The notes: generated by a model from the sequence alone, not told the origin. Positions 50,241 to 61,164 are shown, counted from the stretch's first letter. The stretch is DNA of 64,000 nucleotides from Oceanispirochaeta sp. (GCA_963666275.2 CAXXOA010000001.1:1024001-1088000), one strand, 5' to 3'. Translations and numbers: made by a program.

Positions 50241-52280
50241 TCAGAATTCGTCAAACTCTTCCTCGTTGTCATTGGTCGGGGGAAGTGTTTCTATGATGGA
50301 CGTCTCAACCGCTTGGGTGTAGGCGGGAGCAGGGGCCTCTAAGCGTTCGGGCCGGGCTTTTTTATCACTCAGATACATGCCCATGTCCAGTTGGAAAAAA
50401 GAAACCTCGTTGTTAAGCAGCAGTGCCTGAGAGGCCAGTTCCTCCGAGGTGGAGGCAATCTGTTCCGAAGCGGAGGCATTGTGCTGGGTCACCGTATCCA
50501 GCTGCATCAGAGCCGTATTGATCTGGCTCATTCCCTGATTCTGCTCCTGGCTGGAGGCGCTGATCTCCTGAATCAGATCGGTGGTCTTCTGAAACTCCTC
50601 CAGAAGGCTGACAATCATTTCGCCGGCCTGTTCGGCGATATCCAGAGACCCGGTAGACAGCTCTGTGATGGTTTTGGCCGATCCCTGGCTTATCTCCGCC
50701 AGTTTGCGGATTTCCGCGGCCACCACGGCAAATCCCTTGCCCGCTTCGCCTGCCCGGGCGGCTTCAATGGCCGCATTCAGTGCCAGCATATTGGTCTGCC
50801 TGGCAATTTCACTGACCACACCGATTTTCGTGGCGATCTCTTTCATGGCGTCTACAGTCTGTTTGACCGCTTCGCCGCTCTTCTGGGCTTTGATCGATAC
50901 ATCGCTGGCAATATTTTTCGTTGTCAGGGCATTTTCCGAGTTCTGCTGTATGGTGGAAGACATCTGCTCCATAGAGGCGGAAACCTCTTCGGCGCTGCTG
51001 GCCTGTTCGGAGGCTCCCGACGAAAGGGTCTGGGCGCTGCTCGAGAGCTGCTGACTGCCTGTGGACACATTGGTGCTGCTGTCTTTCACTTTGGTAATCA
51101 CATCGCTGAGCTTGCTTGTCATCTCGTTGAGTACATTTGTCAGGTCTCCCATCTCATCCCGGCGGGTACTGCTGATCGAGAGGGTGAGGTTCCCTTTGCT
51201 GATCTCTTCTGCCAGATGGATATTCTCTCTAATGGAAGCCAGGAGAGACCGGGACAGAACAATCGCCAGAATGACAGAGACTGTCAGGAAGAGGAGAACC
51301 GAAATAATATAGATGGAGATCATCCTCTGGACAAGTTCCGCCATATCCGCACTCTCCTGTACAGCCAGTTCGTCCTGCATATCTCCCAGAAGGCTGATGG
51401 CTTCCCTGGTCCCTGTGAAATGGGTGAGGCTTTCCTCGTAGGTTGTTTCCCGTTCCTGAACTTCCTGAAAAACATCTATGGTTGTCTCAAGGACGGTCCG
51501 GCTCTGCCTGCTCCATTCATCAAAGAAAGGCAGGAACTCATCCACCAGGGTAAGGGCGGCGCCGCCGCTGATCCGGGCGGCTTCCTGAAACCTGTCAGTG
51601 GTCTGCTGTATGTTCTCAATACTCGAACTGTTCAGATTGTTCAGATCTTCCATCGTACTGGCTTCAAATGCCGACAGCTGAGCTACATAGGCCTGATAGG
51701 CGTCCCTGTCTCCGTTCAGTACCAGTGACAGGGCGTTTTCAAGGTCCCGTCTCCGGGCGGTCGAAAGGTTACCATTCAGCTGACCGTTTATTCTTTCTCC
51801 CAGACTGTCGATTCTGTTGCGCATTTCATCAAACGCGGCATTCGCTTCGTTCGAAGCGATCCTGGCAGACTCGAGCTTTTCATTGATCACCAGTGAGGAC
51901 TCAATCACAAATCGTGTGTCTTCCTCCCAGTTGGAGTACTGGGATTTGAAATCTTCATAATAGGGACGCATCTGGTCGGTAAAGATCCCGCTGGCCTGCT
52001 CTATCCTGTCGAATGTCTGGGCCAGGTTTTCCGCATTTTCCGCATCGAAGCCCTTCTGCTCTTCAATGTCCGTACTCCTCATGGCATTGATCTGCGCCAC
52101 CTGGGCCTGGTAAGCGTCCCGGTCGGCATTGAGGATGGAGGCTCTGGTATTCTGAAGATCCATTACGTAATCCAGACTACTCCTCAGAGTCGTGAATCCG
52201 TAAACTCCCAGGAGGAGTATGAGAATGATGCCCAGTAAGGGGATTCCTGCAATAAGTATGAATTGATATTTTAATTTCAT
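50241..52280 (-). CDS. Methyl-accepting chemotaxis protein with a duplicated periplasmic helical bundle
   Basis: LN(A/G)DRDAYQA occurs twice; [21 protein letters not shown]. Confidence 0.92.
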   Translation of the reverse strand: MKLKYQFILIAGIPLLGIILILLLGVYGFTTLRSSLDYVMDLQNTRASILNADRDAYQAQVAQINAMRSTDIEEQKGFDAENAENLAQTFDRIEQASGIFTDQMRPYYEDFKSQYSNWEEDTRFVIESSLVINEKLESARIASNEANAAFDEMRNRIDSLGERINGQLNGNLSTARRRDLENALSLVLNGDRDAYQAYVAQLSAFEASTMEDLNNLNSSSIENIQQTTDRFQEAARISGGAALTLVDEFLPFFDEWSRQSRTVLETTIDVFQEVQERETTYEESLTHFTGTREAISLLGDMQDELAVQESADMAELVQRMISIYIISVLLFLTVSVILAIVLSRSLLASIRENIHLAEEISKGNLTLSISSTRRDEMGDLTNVLNEMTSKLSDVITKVKDSSTNVSTGSQQLSSSAQTLSSGASEQASSAEEVSASMEQMSSTIQQNSENALTTKNIASDVSIKAQKSGEAVKQTVDAMKEIATKIGVVSEIARQTNMLALNAAIEAARAGEAGKGFAVVAAEIRKLAEISQGSAKTITELSTGSLDIAEQAGEMIVSLLEEFQKTTDLIQEISASSQEQNQGMSQINTALMQLDTVTQHNASASEQIASTSEELASQALLLNNEVSFFQLDMGMYLSDKKARPERLEAPAPAYTQAVETSIIETLPPTNDNEEEFDEF

Positions 52281-52360
52281 TATTAACCCTCTTTAAACGA
52301 ATTGTCTTACCTAAAAGATAAGGCAGTCAAAGAAGGGAATTCCATGATTTCATTCAATCT

Positions 52361-53455
52361 TCATAGAGAACACATGAGTACTATAAATCGGGAGCCTTCT
52401 GCCTTTTTTTCCACACATTTAAAGTGCTTTTTCAGGGTATTCGTATACCCCAGATGCTTATTGGCAACCAGAATCAGCCGTCCCCCCGGCTTCAGAACCC
52501 GGGCGGATTCCCGTATAAACTGAAGGCCCCGCTCCACCGAAACCCGGTTCTGATGATGAAAGGGAGGGTTGCAGATCACAAGGTCCATGGACGCGGATTC
52601 CACAGCTTCCAGAATATTCGTGTGTACCGCCCGGATCCTGCCGGCAAACCCGTTCTTTTCCGCCGAGAGTCTGGTGCTCTCCACGGCGTTCAGTGAATCA
52701 TCGGTGGCTGTAATTTGGGCTTCCGGCCAGCGGGCCGCCGCAGCCAGAGAGAGTATACCCGAACCGCAGCCGGGATCGGCCGCCCTTTCGGGAGCGGGGA
52801 TTTCAGGAAAGTAGTCCAGCAGGAATCTGGTTCCGGGATCAAGCTTTCCAAAGGAGAACACTCCCGGCAGAGTTACCAGGGTAAAATCCTTCCACTGGTA
52901 GGTCTGCAGCGGCAGTTCCTGCTCTTCTTTTCGCGTGATGCCGAAGTAGTAGCGGCTTTTTTTCCAGATCCGCGAATACGAGGGATCCTCTGTCTGCTCT
53001 TCGAAGGACTGATAGAACGAGGGCGGCAGGAGTGCGGACCGGGAGACGCCTATCAGAGGGGTACCTTCAGGGACCCTGGCAGAGATTTTTTTCAGGAGAC
53101 TTATGAAATACTCGATAGACCGGGGAATCTTCAGGAGCACCAGGTCCGTCTCCAGAGGCCGGGAATCCAGAGAGTCAGTCAGTGCGGGAACGTCCTGTCC
53201 GTTACGGATTCTGTTCTCCCTGATATTCCTGCCGTGGGTAAACGAATCGGTCCAGCAGGCGGTGACTTTCTCTTCCAGGCCGCAGGCCAGGGCGCCGAAG
53301 GTTTCATTCACAATGAGGATTTTCCGTTTATTGTTCAGTATTTCATCCAGAGTCAGCAGGTATTCGTCTCCGCTGTCCCAGGGGCGCAGAGAGCGGTCCT
53401 CTGTCTCGATGGCCAGAGTTCTGTCTCCCAGGGGGGATTCCCATGTGTAAATCAT
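52361..53455 (-). CDS. rRNA guanine-N2 methyltransferase (RlmG/RsmC-like)
   Basis: LRPWDSGDEY, PGVFS..KLD.GT, DPGCGSG, CNPPFH. Confidence 0.82.
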   Translation of the reverse strand: MIYTWESPLGDRTLAIETEDRSLRPWDSGDEYLLTLDEILNNKRKILIVNETFGALACGLEEKVTACWTDSFTHGRNIRENRIRNGQDVPALTDSLDSRPLETDLVLLKIPRSIEYFISLLKKISARVPEGTPLIGVSRSALLPPSFYQSFEEQTEDPSYSRIWKKSRYYFGITRKEEQELPLQTYQWKDFTLVTLPGVFSFGKLDPGTRFLLDYFPEIPAPERAADPGCGSGILSLAAAARWPEAQITATDDSLNAVESTRLSAEKNGFAGRIRAVHTNILEAVESASMDLVICNPPFHHQNRVSVERGLQFIRESARVLKPGGRLILVANKHLGYTNTLKKHFKCVEKKAEGSRFIVLMCSL

Positions 53456-53539
53456 ATCCCAATTATAGAGGGGAAAACCCGCCGTGCCTATCTATGGTAT
53501 AAAAGGGCATTTATGGTATGATCACTTCCGGATGGCCCT

Positions 53540-55069
53540 ATGTATGATCTGAAAATTCCACTGGACAATGTCTCTCTCCGTGCGTTCCTCTATCTGATTG
53601 ATCTGCGGAATCTGAAAAAAGAACTGAGCAACACCACTATCTGCGATTATATCCTTGAAACCTTCAACGATGTGTTTACAAAACGATACAAGGATATGAA
53701 GTCCTTCCGTTCGGGCTACGCGGGAAATCTTGCCCTGATTTTCGACTCGGACGAAGCCCTGTCGGGAAATCTGAACCGTTACTCCAAAGTGCTGGATCCT
53801 CTTCTGAAAAAAACAGTGGAGAACCTCAGAACCGTCCGGATCCGCTTTGACGGAGAGTTCTGTTTTATCGAACGGATTCCCACGGAAGAGGACTTTCAGC
53901 TGCTCTGTGTCTTCTTCAATCTCAAACCCATCAATGCGGCGATCAACCGGAAGGTGAATCTGAAAAACCCCGAGAAGGGGTGGCTCTCTCTGCTGTGCCG
54001 CCGTTTCGGCCTGATTCTGGAGGACCTCCCCGCCCATCCGGCTCTTGAAACCGGCCGCGGCCAGGCCGGAACAGCGGCTATCCTGAACCGTTATACCCTC
54101 TACAACAGAGGGAATGTCTGGTTTGATCTGCTCAAGCCGCACTACTACAACTTTAAAAATCTCCGGTATAAACTCTATCTGAGAAGCCTACTGATTGAGC
54201 AGGACAACCTTTTCTACTGCATCCTCCGCAACAGGGAGTTCGATTTTGACTACCAGAAGATCTTCGACAGCTGCATCACCCTCGAAGAGGGGACTCCTGT
54301 TCTCAATTCCAAGGCTCTGGGAGAGCTCCTGGAGCTGGAGGATCTGATTCTGATTTCCAAAGACAGACTGAAAAAGGCCATACTCGACTGTGTGGAAATC
54401 CCCAGGAACTATCAGTTCATGTTTACCCTGCTGGACGACTTTCTTGTTTTTCAGGACGGCACCATGGTGGATATCTCCTCTCTGACTGTCAGGGAGGCCG
54501 GGGAGTTCCTCCGCATGGCAAATTTCAACCCCAATATTACCATCGACAGCCGGGAGGAACAGAGGATCCGGGAGGAACTCTCCCGGGAGACCAGGGGAAC
54601 TGTGGATTTCACCCTGAGGCGGATCTCCCGGAGCGGGGAAGAGAGCCATACTGTGATGAAATTCATCGAAAAGAGCAATAAGGGGCTCCTGAAAATCCGG
54701 GATTACAGCCGCTCCTCCCAGGGGTTTATTGAGTACGGCGAAGAGAAAACCTGTCTGATTGTCTTCAACGGGACCCGGTATCCCGATTTTCTCTGTATTT
54801 TTCTGGAAGATGCGGAAAAGGTAGAAAAAAAAGGGAACAGGAGTTATTTTGATTACTCATCCTATGTCCTCAGTGAGAGCAGCCGATTCAGACATCTCTT
54901 TTTCCAGGTGGAAGCGGAATACAATCAGTCCTCTTTCAAATCTCATGACACCTCGGCGGAGAGTCTGAAAAAGTGCAAGTATATTTTCTGTGAGAACAAA
55001 ACCTCCGACCTGTATCAGTCTCGTTTTAAGGTTTCGATTCCGGTCATCGGTATAAGGGAGATTAAATGA
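53540..55069 (+). CDS. Hypothetical protein, translationally coupled to the DNA methyltransferase
   Basis: 509-aa ORF; ATGA overlap at 55066-55069. Confidence 0.7.
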   Translation: MYDLKIPLDNVSLRAFLYLIDLRNLKKELSNTTICDYILETFNDVFTKRYKDMKSFRSGYAGNLALIFDSDEALSGNLNRYSKVLDPLLKKTVENLRTVRIRFDGEFCFIERIPTEEDFQLLCVFFNLKPINAAINRKVNLKNPEKGWLSLLCRRFGLILEDLPAHPALETGRGQAGTAAILNRYTLYNRGNVWFDLLKPHYYNFKNLRYKLYLRSLLIEQDNLFYCILRNREFDFDYQKIFDSCITLEEGTPVLNSKALGELLELEDLILISKDRLKKAILDCVEIPRNYQFMFTLLDDFLVFQDGTMVDISSLTVREAGEFLRMANFNPNITIDSREEQRIREELSRETRGTVDFTLRRISRSGEESHTVMKFIEKSNKGLLKIRDYSRSSQGFIEYGEEKTCLIVFNGTRYPDFLCIFLEDAEKVEKKGNRSYFDYSSYVLSESSRFRHLFFQVEAEYNQSSFKSHDTSAESLKKCKYIFCENKTSDLYQSRFKVSIPVIGIREIK

Positions 55070-56742
55070 ACCTGGACCATCCCTATCTGATTCGTCAGAT
55101 CATTGCCTACATAGGAAATAAAAGGAAACTCCTGGGACTGATTGAAAAATCCGTGGACTCCCTGGGACTCTCGGGAAAACAGGGTCTGAAGTTTTTTGAT
55201 GTGTTTGCCGGAAGCGGTGTGGTTTCCCGTCTGGCTAAATTTCTGAACTTCGAGGTCTACACCAACGACTGGGAGTACTACTCCTATGTGCTCAGCCGGG
55301 GATTCATTCTGAATAACAGAAGGGACCTGGAAGATCTTTTCGGGAGTCTGGAAGCCTTTCAGGAGGAGCTGGATTTTCTGAACAATCTGCCCTCTCCGCC
55401 TCCGGAGGAACAGTACATCGCCCGGTATTACGCCCCGTCCTCTTTTGAACTGCAGGATGTGGACTATAAAACCCAGAGACTTTTCTATACCCGGGACAAT
55501 GCCCTTATCATCGATAAAATCCGGAACGCCGTGGACCGGCGCTATCCTGCGGATTCCGGGGATACCCGGACAGGGCTGAAACGGGACCTTCTTATCAGTA
55601 TGCTGATCTATGAAGCGGCTACCCATACCAATACTTCCGGTGTTTTCAAGGCCTTTCACAAGGGCTTCGGAGGCCACAGCAGGGACGCCCTGACAAGGAT
55701 CCTGGCGCCCATCAGACTCAGAATGCCCGAGCTTATCGATTCGGACTATCCCGTTCATGTCTACAGGGAGGATGCGAACCATCTTGTCAGAAATATAGGT
55801 CCGGTGGATATTGCCTATCTGGATCCTCCCTACAATCAGCATCAGTACGGCAGCAATTACCATATGCTCAATACCATAGCCCGTTGGGACAAGATCGCCG
55901 CTCCTCTGGATCTGAACGAGAAGGGGGAACTCAAAGAGAAGGCGGCCATTCGGAAAGACTGGAGAGAAACAAAATCCGATTACTGCTACAGGGACTCGGC
56001 GGCATCGGCTTTTGCAGACCTGCTTGAAAACCTGGACGCACGGTATATCCTTATCAGCTACAGTACCGACGGCATTATCCCCTTTGAGCAGATGAAAGAG
56101 ATCTGCCGGCGGAAAGGCCGTTTGAGCATCGTCACCAATGAGTATACCAAGTACCGCGGGGGAAAACAGAGCAACTCCAGGGTCAATACGAATATTGAAT
56201 TCATACTCAGCATCGATACGCAGAAAGAAACAACCGCCGCTTCCATCCGTAAGGTCGACAGGGTCATCAGCCTCAACCGGCTGAGGCTCCTTTTCAAAAA
56301 TAACTTTTCCGGGAGCAAGCTCAGAGAGCAGGCCCATTCCATCGAAGGGGATCAGGTCGTTTTCAAGGTGGTAGACAGGCTTGTTCCCATCCCGTCCCGG
56401 TACCTTTTTGAACTGCAGCCGCCGGAAATCCTGGAAGAACTGGGTCTGGATGAGGTGGATCTTCTCTATAACAAGCTCCACAGGTCCATGTGCCTTACCA
56501 AAGAGGAGGAGCTGGATGAGATCCTGGGCAGGATCGACGGTGATACGGACAGGAACCTTTTCTTTATCCGGCTGATCCCGGACCGGCTGAAAAAGCTGGC
56601 CCATAAGAAAAACCGCAGCCGCTTCTATCACTACCTTGAACGAATCAGAGCCATAGAGGCCCGGCATAAAGAGCTTTACTCTATAATCAAAAAGAGAATA
56701 GACACCATTGAGCAGCTGGCCGAAAAAAGGTTTAATAATTGA
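55066..56742 (+). CDS. D12-class N6-adenine DNA methyltransferase with C-terminal extension
   Basis: YIGNKRKL, FDVFAGSG, YLDPPYN. Confidence 0.9.
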   Translation: MNLDHPYLIRQIIAYIGNKRKLLGLIEKSVDSLGLSGKQGLKFFDVFAGSGVVSRLAKFLNFEVYTNDWEYYSYVLSRGFILNNRRDLEDLFGSLEAFQEELDFLNNLPSPPPEEQYIARYYAPSSFELQDVDYKTQRLFYTRDNALIIDKIRNAVDRRYPADSGDTRTGLKRDLLISMLIYEAATHTNTSGVFKAFHKGFGGHSRDALTRILAPIRLRMPELIDSDYPVHVYREDANHLVRNIGPVDIAYLDPPYNQHQYGSNYHMLNTIARWDKIAAPLDLNEKGELKEKAAIRKDWRETKSDYCYRDSAASAFADLLENLDARYILISYSTDGIIPFEQMKEICRRKGRLSIVTNEYTKYRGGKQSNSRVNTNIEFILSIDTQKETTAASIRKVDRVISLNRLRLLFKNNFSGSKLREQAHSIEGDQVVFKVVDRLVPIPSRYLFELQPPEILEELGLDEVDLLYNKLHRSMCLTKEEELDEILGRIDGDTDRNLFFIRLIPDRLKKLAHKKNRSRFYHYLERIRAIEARHKELYSIIKKRIDTIEQLAEKRFNN

Positions 56743-56932
56743 GACCTGATATTATTGGGAATTGCGAAGCAATGGGCCCCAATATATATTCAGAGCTCCG
56801 GGAGCGTGTAAGACCTGATATTATTGGGAATTGCGGAGCAATGGTCCCCAATATATATTCAGAGCTCCGGGAGCGTGTAAGACCTGATATTATTGGGAAT
56901 TGCAAAGCAATGGTCCCCAATATATATTCAGA
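56742..56932 (+). repeat. 69-bp palindromic tandem repeat, about 2.8 copies (REP/BIME-like)
   Basis: Units start at 56742, 56811 and 56880. Confidence 0.92.
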
Positions 56933-56958
56933 AGAAGCAGCATTTTATGATTTAAGGA

Positions 56959-57807
56959 GTGTTCATGTATTTACCCTCTGTTCCGGTATTTAAAGTAACA
57001 GAAAATTTCTCTTTTATTATACAGGACGGATGGGACCGCATCCGGAAACACAGCGGTTTTCTGGCAATGGTCTGGGCTATCTTCAATATACCTACAAACC
57101 TGTTCCTCTATTTCAGGCTGGAACCCTATATGAACCGGGTGGATATCGCCGCAGGCGGGCAGGGCGTCTTCTTTGCCATGATCCTTCTGAAAATCCTGGG
57201 GTACATACCCATGATCGCCATGGCTGTGCTCATAAGGAATGACAGAAACGGAGAGGAGCTGGAAGACTACAACGAACTTCTCTTGGATTCGGTAAAGAGG
57301 ATTCCTCTTTTTGTAACAACCTCCCTGACCATGATGATCAGCATGTTTTTCCCGGCGGTGATCCTGATGATCCCTGTCTCTCTTCTTTCCATTCCCCTGG
57401 CATCCATGGGCATAGGCGAGCAGTCCCTTATGATTCTGTACGTGGCCTATTTTACTGTGGTGCTCTCTTTCCTGACACTCCGGTACTATCCGGCCGGTCT
57501 GTTTTATCTGATGCTGGACATCAGTAACTTCAGAGCCGTGGCCTATAGTGTGTCCCTGTTCAAAAGGAACAGAAAAACACTTTTTCAGGTTCTGGGTCTC
57601 TGTTTTCTACTGCCTATGCTCCTCAACTACGGGGCTGTGTTTCTGATGGAAAACAGTTTCAGGTATATGATTGTCAGTCTGTTTCTGGAAGGGGCCATTT
57701 TTATAGGAACGGGAATCCTCGCCAATCTTTTCCGGTACATAGAGTTAGAAAAATCTCCGGAAAACGGGGGAAATAATATACAAGTTGATATGGATAAAGA
57801 GGGCTGA
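56959..57807 (+). CDS. Membrane protein
   Basis: Several hydrophobic segments; AAGGAG RBS. Confidence 0.7.
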   Translation: MFMYLPSVPVFKVTENFSFIIQDGWDRIRKHSGFLAMVWAIFNIPTNLFLYFRLEPYMNRVDIAAGGQGVFFAMILLKILGYIPMIAMAVLIRNDRNGEELEDYNELLLDSVKRIPLFVTTSLTMMISMFFPAVILMIPVSLLSIPLASMGIGEQSLMILYVAYFTVVLSFLTLRYYPAGLFYLMLDISNFRAVAYSVSLFKRNRKTLFQVLGLCFLLPMLLNYGAVFLMENSFRYMIVSLFLEGAIFIGTGILANLFRYIELEKSPENGGNNIQVDMDKEG

Positions 57808-57836
57808 GAGAAGTATACTTCAGCATAGGCGCAAAA

Positions 57837-58844
57837 ATGGTTGTTAAAAAGAAAGAGAAGTGGGTTCCTGTAAGGAAATCCAACCTGAAATACTACGATG
57901 ACCTGGATCTGTATTATAAGAACAAGACTTCGGGAAATGTCCTTCTATACAAATCTTCGGGAATGAAAATCTCAGATGAAAGGTTGAAAGACAAACCTTA
58001 TTCGGGAGATCTCTATATCCGTCCGGAAGACAAAAACAAATGTTTGAGAGCCGCTCAGAGAGGTTTCGGCCTGGATCTGACCCATAAAATCATGAAAGAA
58101 GGGGTTTCAAAAGTCAAAGAGGGGCTTATCAGTCTCGTTGATGAAACCCTCAATGAACCCCGGTCCGGGGGTCTTGAAGTTATCCCGGACACCATGGAAT
58201 CCATTGTTGACGGCTATTCCCGGCAGCCCGAGATTATCAAGAATCTGGCAAGAATCTCCCACAGCGATTACTCCACAACCATCCACTCCATCAATGTGAT
58301 GGCCCTGACCATCGGCTACTGTTTCTATACCGAAAGAAGCTTTTCCCAGACCGTAGACTACGGACTGGCTGCCCTGTTCCATGACATAGGAAAGACGGAA
58401 ATTCCCATAGAAATCCTGGCATCCCCCAAAAAACTGACCGAGATGGAATTCATGACAATGAAAAACCATACCGTGCTGGGAGGGGAAATCCTACAGTCCA
58501 ACGGACCCTCTGTTCATACAGCTATTCCCGGCGCCATGGAACATCATGAAAAGCTGGACGGCAGCGGTTACCCGGCGGGACGGAATTCCATCTCGGAAAT
58601 CGGACAGATCCTTGGGATTATCGACTCTTATGAAGCCATTACCAATGACGAGAGGCTCTACCGTATGGCCATGGATCCCCTGGATGCTCTGGCTATGCTG
58701 AAAGACGAAGTCGACCGGAGAAGGCTGGATCAGAAGATCTTTGTGGATTTTGCCTACAGCCTTACGGATTTTTCAAAAAACAGCCACAAAAGCAAACATA
58801 AAAAAATCTTTCAGGGATGGAATCTGACAGAAGTCCCCGGTTAA
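57837..58844 (+). CDS. HD-GYP domain phosphodiesterase
   Basis: HDIGK, HHEKLDGSGYP. Confidence 0.9.
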   Translation: MVVKKKEKWVPVRKSNLKYYDDLDLYYKNKTSGNVLLYKSSGMKISDERLKDKPYSGDLYIRPEDKNKCLRAAQRGFGLDLTHKIMKEGVSKVKEGLISLVDETLNEPRSGGLEVIPDTMESIVDGYSRQPEIIKNLARISHSDYSTTIHSINVMALTIGYCFYTERSFSQTVDYGLAALFHDIGKTEIPIEILASPKKLTEMEFMTMKNHTVLGGEILQSNGPSVHTAIPGAMEHHEKLDGSGYPAGRNSISEIGQILGIIDSYEAITNDERLYRMAMDPLDALAMLKDEVDRRRLDQKIFVDFAYSLTDFSKNSHKSKHKKIFQGWNLTEVPG

Positions 58845-58903
58845 GACCCCTCTGCATTCCGGGATTTCTGAAGAATTCTTGAAAATCTTTCCTGAATATT
58901 GAA

Positions 58904-58932
58904 TTGTCATGTATTTTTTATGGGTATATACT
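58904..58932 (+). promoter_or_regulatory. Sigma70-like promoter
   Basis: TTGTCA-17 bp-TATACT. Confidence 0.55.
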
Positions 58933-59008
58933 TGTATAACCTGTTCGGGCTTTCAGACTATCAGACCAAGGTCGGCAGCAGGTTAAAAAACTAACAGAAC
59001 ATGAGGAC

Positions 59009-59752
59009 TTGCATATGGTGGATGAGTATTTTCTATTCCTTCACAGGGACCTGCCGAGACAGGGGCCTGGTTCTTCCCGTTCCACCAGAATGCCTATGGA
59101 TCTGCTTCCCCCCCGGGAGTATTCCCATATCCTGGACATCGGATGCGGACCGGGAATGCAGACCATCGATCTGGCTCAAAGATATCCCATGAGCCGTGTG
59201 ACGGCTCTGGACAAGTACAATGTCTTTCTCAGTCAGCTTGAAGACAGCTGTATTGAAAAAAATATCAATAACATCGTGACCACCCGGGGCGATATGATGG
59301 AACTGCCTTTCAAACCCGATTCTTTTGATCTGATCTGGTCCGAAGGGGCTGTTTATATCATCGGTTTTGAAGAGGGGCTGAAAGAGTGGCGGAGATTCCT
59401 TAAAAAGGACGGCTGCCTGGTCGTATCCGAACTCTCCTGGCTAACAGGCTCCCGCCCTCCGCTGATCCAGGCCTACTGGGACGATACCTATCCGGATATG
59501 CTGGATATCTACGAGAATATCCGGATCATCGAACAGACAGGATACAATCTGAAGGGGCTCTATATCCTTCCTTCCGAGGACTGGTTCACCCACTACTATG
59601 ATCCTCTTCTGAAGAACCTGAAAAAGGAGCAGGGACGGCCTCTGACTGAAGATCAGATGACCTGCCTTGAACTGGAATTCCTGGAGATTCAGATGCATCA
59701 GAAGTACTCCCGTTACTACGGCTATGTTTTCTATGTAATGGAGAAAGCCTGA
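59009..59752 (+). CDS. Class I SAM-dependent methyltransferase
   Basis: LPRQGPGS, LDIGCGPG, DLIWSEG. Confidence 0.9.
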   Translation: MHMVDEYFLFLHRDLPRQGPGSSRSTRMPMDLLPPREYSHILDIGCGPGMQTIDLAQRYPMSRVTALDKYNVFLSQLEDSCIEKNINNIVTTRGDMMELPFKPDSFDLIWSEGAVYIIGFEEGLKEWRRFLKKDGCLVVSELSWLTGSRPPLIQAYWDDTYPDMLDIYENIRIIEQTGYNLKGLYILPSEDWFTHYYDPLLKNLKKEQGRPLTEDQMTCLELEFLEIQMHQKYSRYYGYVFYVMEKA

Positions 59753-59768
59753 TACCGGGGATGTTTGT

Positions 59769-60581
59769 ATGACCTATTCTTCTGACCGGGGAAATCTTCA
59801 CTATACAATCGCAGGAACCGGGCGGCTTTTTCTGATGGTCCATGGATTTGCGGTGGATCATACCATGATGGAAGCCGTGCTGGAGCCGTTCTTTGAAAAA
59901 AGCGGCGGATCCTGCAAAAGGGTTTACATCGATCTGCCCGCTATGGGGATGAGCGATCCCCCCGGTGACAGGGACTATGCCGACCGGACCTGCCGGATCC
60001 TGGCCCGCTTTATGGATGAGGTTTTTCCGGGCGAACAATACGGGATTATCGCCCACTCCTATGGGGCCTATCTGACACGCCGGCTTTTATATGAACAACC
60101 CGAAAAAATAACAGGCGCCTTTTTCATAGCCCCTGTGGTGTTTCCCATGAAAGAGGACAGAACCATAGCAGAATTTGAAAAACTCTCCTCTCTTCCCCGT
60201 CTGGAAAAGGAAGATCCGAAGATCTACAAGGCTTACAGTGAAACCGCCGCTGTGGAGACCCTATGGGGATGGGAGTGCTACAGAGAAACCATCTATCCCG
60301 TATTGAAGAGACGGAACAGAGAAAATCTCCGGTTTTATCAGAACCAGGGGTACTCCTTTTCTCTGGATATAAACAGCTGTGATCATATCTATAACGGACC
60401 TGTGCTGTTTCTGATGGGCCGGCAGGATCAAGTCACAGGTTATGAGGACCCTCTCATCCTGAAAAAGGATTTTCCCCGGGGGGATTTTATCATTCTCGAC
60501 GGGGCAGGGCATTACCTCTTTTATGAGCAGTATCCTCTGTTCTGTAATCTTCTGGGCCATTGGCTGGACAGAATCAAATAA
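59769..60581 (+). CDS. Alpha/beta hydrolase
   Basis: HGF, DLPAMG, HSYG, GAGH. Confidence 0.88.
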   Translation: MTYSSDRGNLHYTIAGTGRLFLMVHGFAVDHTMMEAVLEPFFEKSGGSCKRVYIDLPAMGMSDPPGDRDYADRTCRILARFMDEVFPGEQYGIIAHSYGAYLTRRLLYEQPEKITGAFFIAPVVFPMKEDRTIAEFEKLSSLPRLEKEDPKIYKAYSETAAVETLWGWECYRETIYPVLKRRNRENLRFYQNQGYSFSLDINSCDHIYNGPVLFLMGRQDQVTGYEDPLILKKDFPRGDFIILDGAGHYLFYEQYPLFCNLLGHWLDRIK

Positions 60582-60582
60582 A

Positions 60583-60610
60583 AAGGGACCTGCCCGAGAG
60601 CAGATCCCTT
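60583..60610. terminator. Hairpin between convergent genes, possible terminator
   Basis: AAGGGA-C-CTGC..GCAG-A-TCCCTT. Confidence 0.45.
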
Positions 60611-60675
60611 CATTTATGGATTCTATATTGACAAAAAGGCCTTCCGGCCTTTTCGGGGAACCGGTTTAAAAAGGA

Positions 60676-61104
60676 TTAACCTTTTACCTTGATGCTCAGA
60701 GGGGCGGGTTTTGCCTTTTTCGGAAGAACCAGTGTGAGCAGTCCGTTTTTCATCTCCGCTTCAATGGCAGCCCTGTCAAAATCTTCAGGAAGGACGAAGC
60801 TCCTTTCAAAAGCGGCTTTTCTTTCCTCTTCTTTTCCCTCTTCATTGAGCTCCGCCTGGTGAAGCGCCCTGATTGTAAGGAGATTTTCCTTTACCTGGAT
60901 ATCCAGATCTTCCGAACCGAAGCCGGGAAGTTCCACTGTCATGGTAAGGCCGTTTTCAGCCTTTTCCACGTTGACTTTCGGTTTTCTCGGTTCTGCCGCT
61001 TCGGCTCTATAGGGTGTTTCAAAAAATGAGTGGAAAACTCTGTCCATCTGATCCCAGGGATTCACGGCCATTTCGGGTTTTCTTCTTACTACAATATTTG
61101 TCAT
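60676..61104 (-). CDS. Hsp20/alpha-crystallin small heat-shock protein
   Basis: VELPG, FERSFVLP, AEMKNGLLTLVLPK. Confidence 0.92.
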   Translation of the reverse strand: MTNIVVRRKPEMAVNPWDQMDRVFHSFFETPYRAEAAEPRKPKVNVEKAENGLTMTVELPGFGSEDLDIQVKENLLTIRALHQAELNEEGKEEERKAAFERSFVLPEDFDRAAIEAEMKNGLLTLVLPKKAKPAPLSIKVKG

Positions 61105-61148
61105 ATCTGACCTCCAGATTTTTGTTTACAAGTTCTGCCTTCTATAAA

Positions 61149-61164
61149 GCAATGACTGTGCCAA
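61149..61164 (-). promoter_or_regulatory. Sigma54 (-24/-12) promoter of hsp20
   Basis: TTGGCAC-AGTCA-TTGC on the - strand, 44 bp upstream of the ATG. Confidence 0.7.

Noticed and set aside
56742..56932. CRISPR array
   Set aside because: The intervening sequences are identical rather than unique spacers, and there are no cas genes. The small ORFs over this repeat are artefacts.
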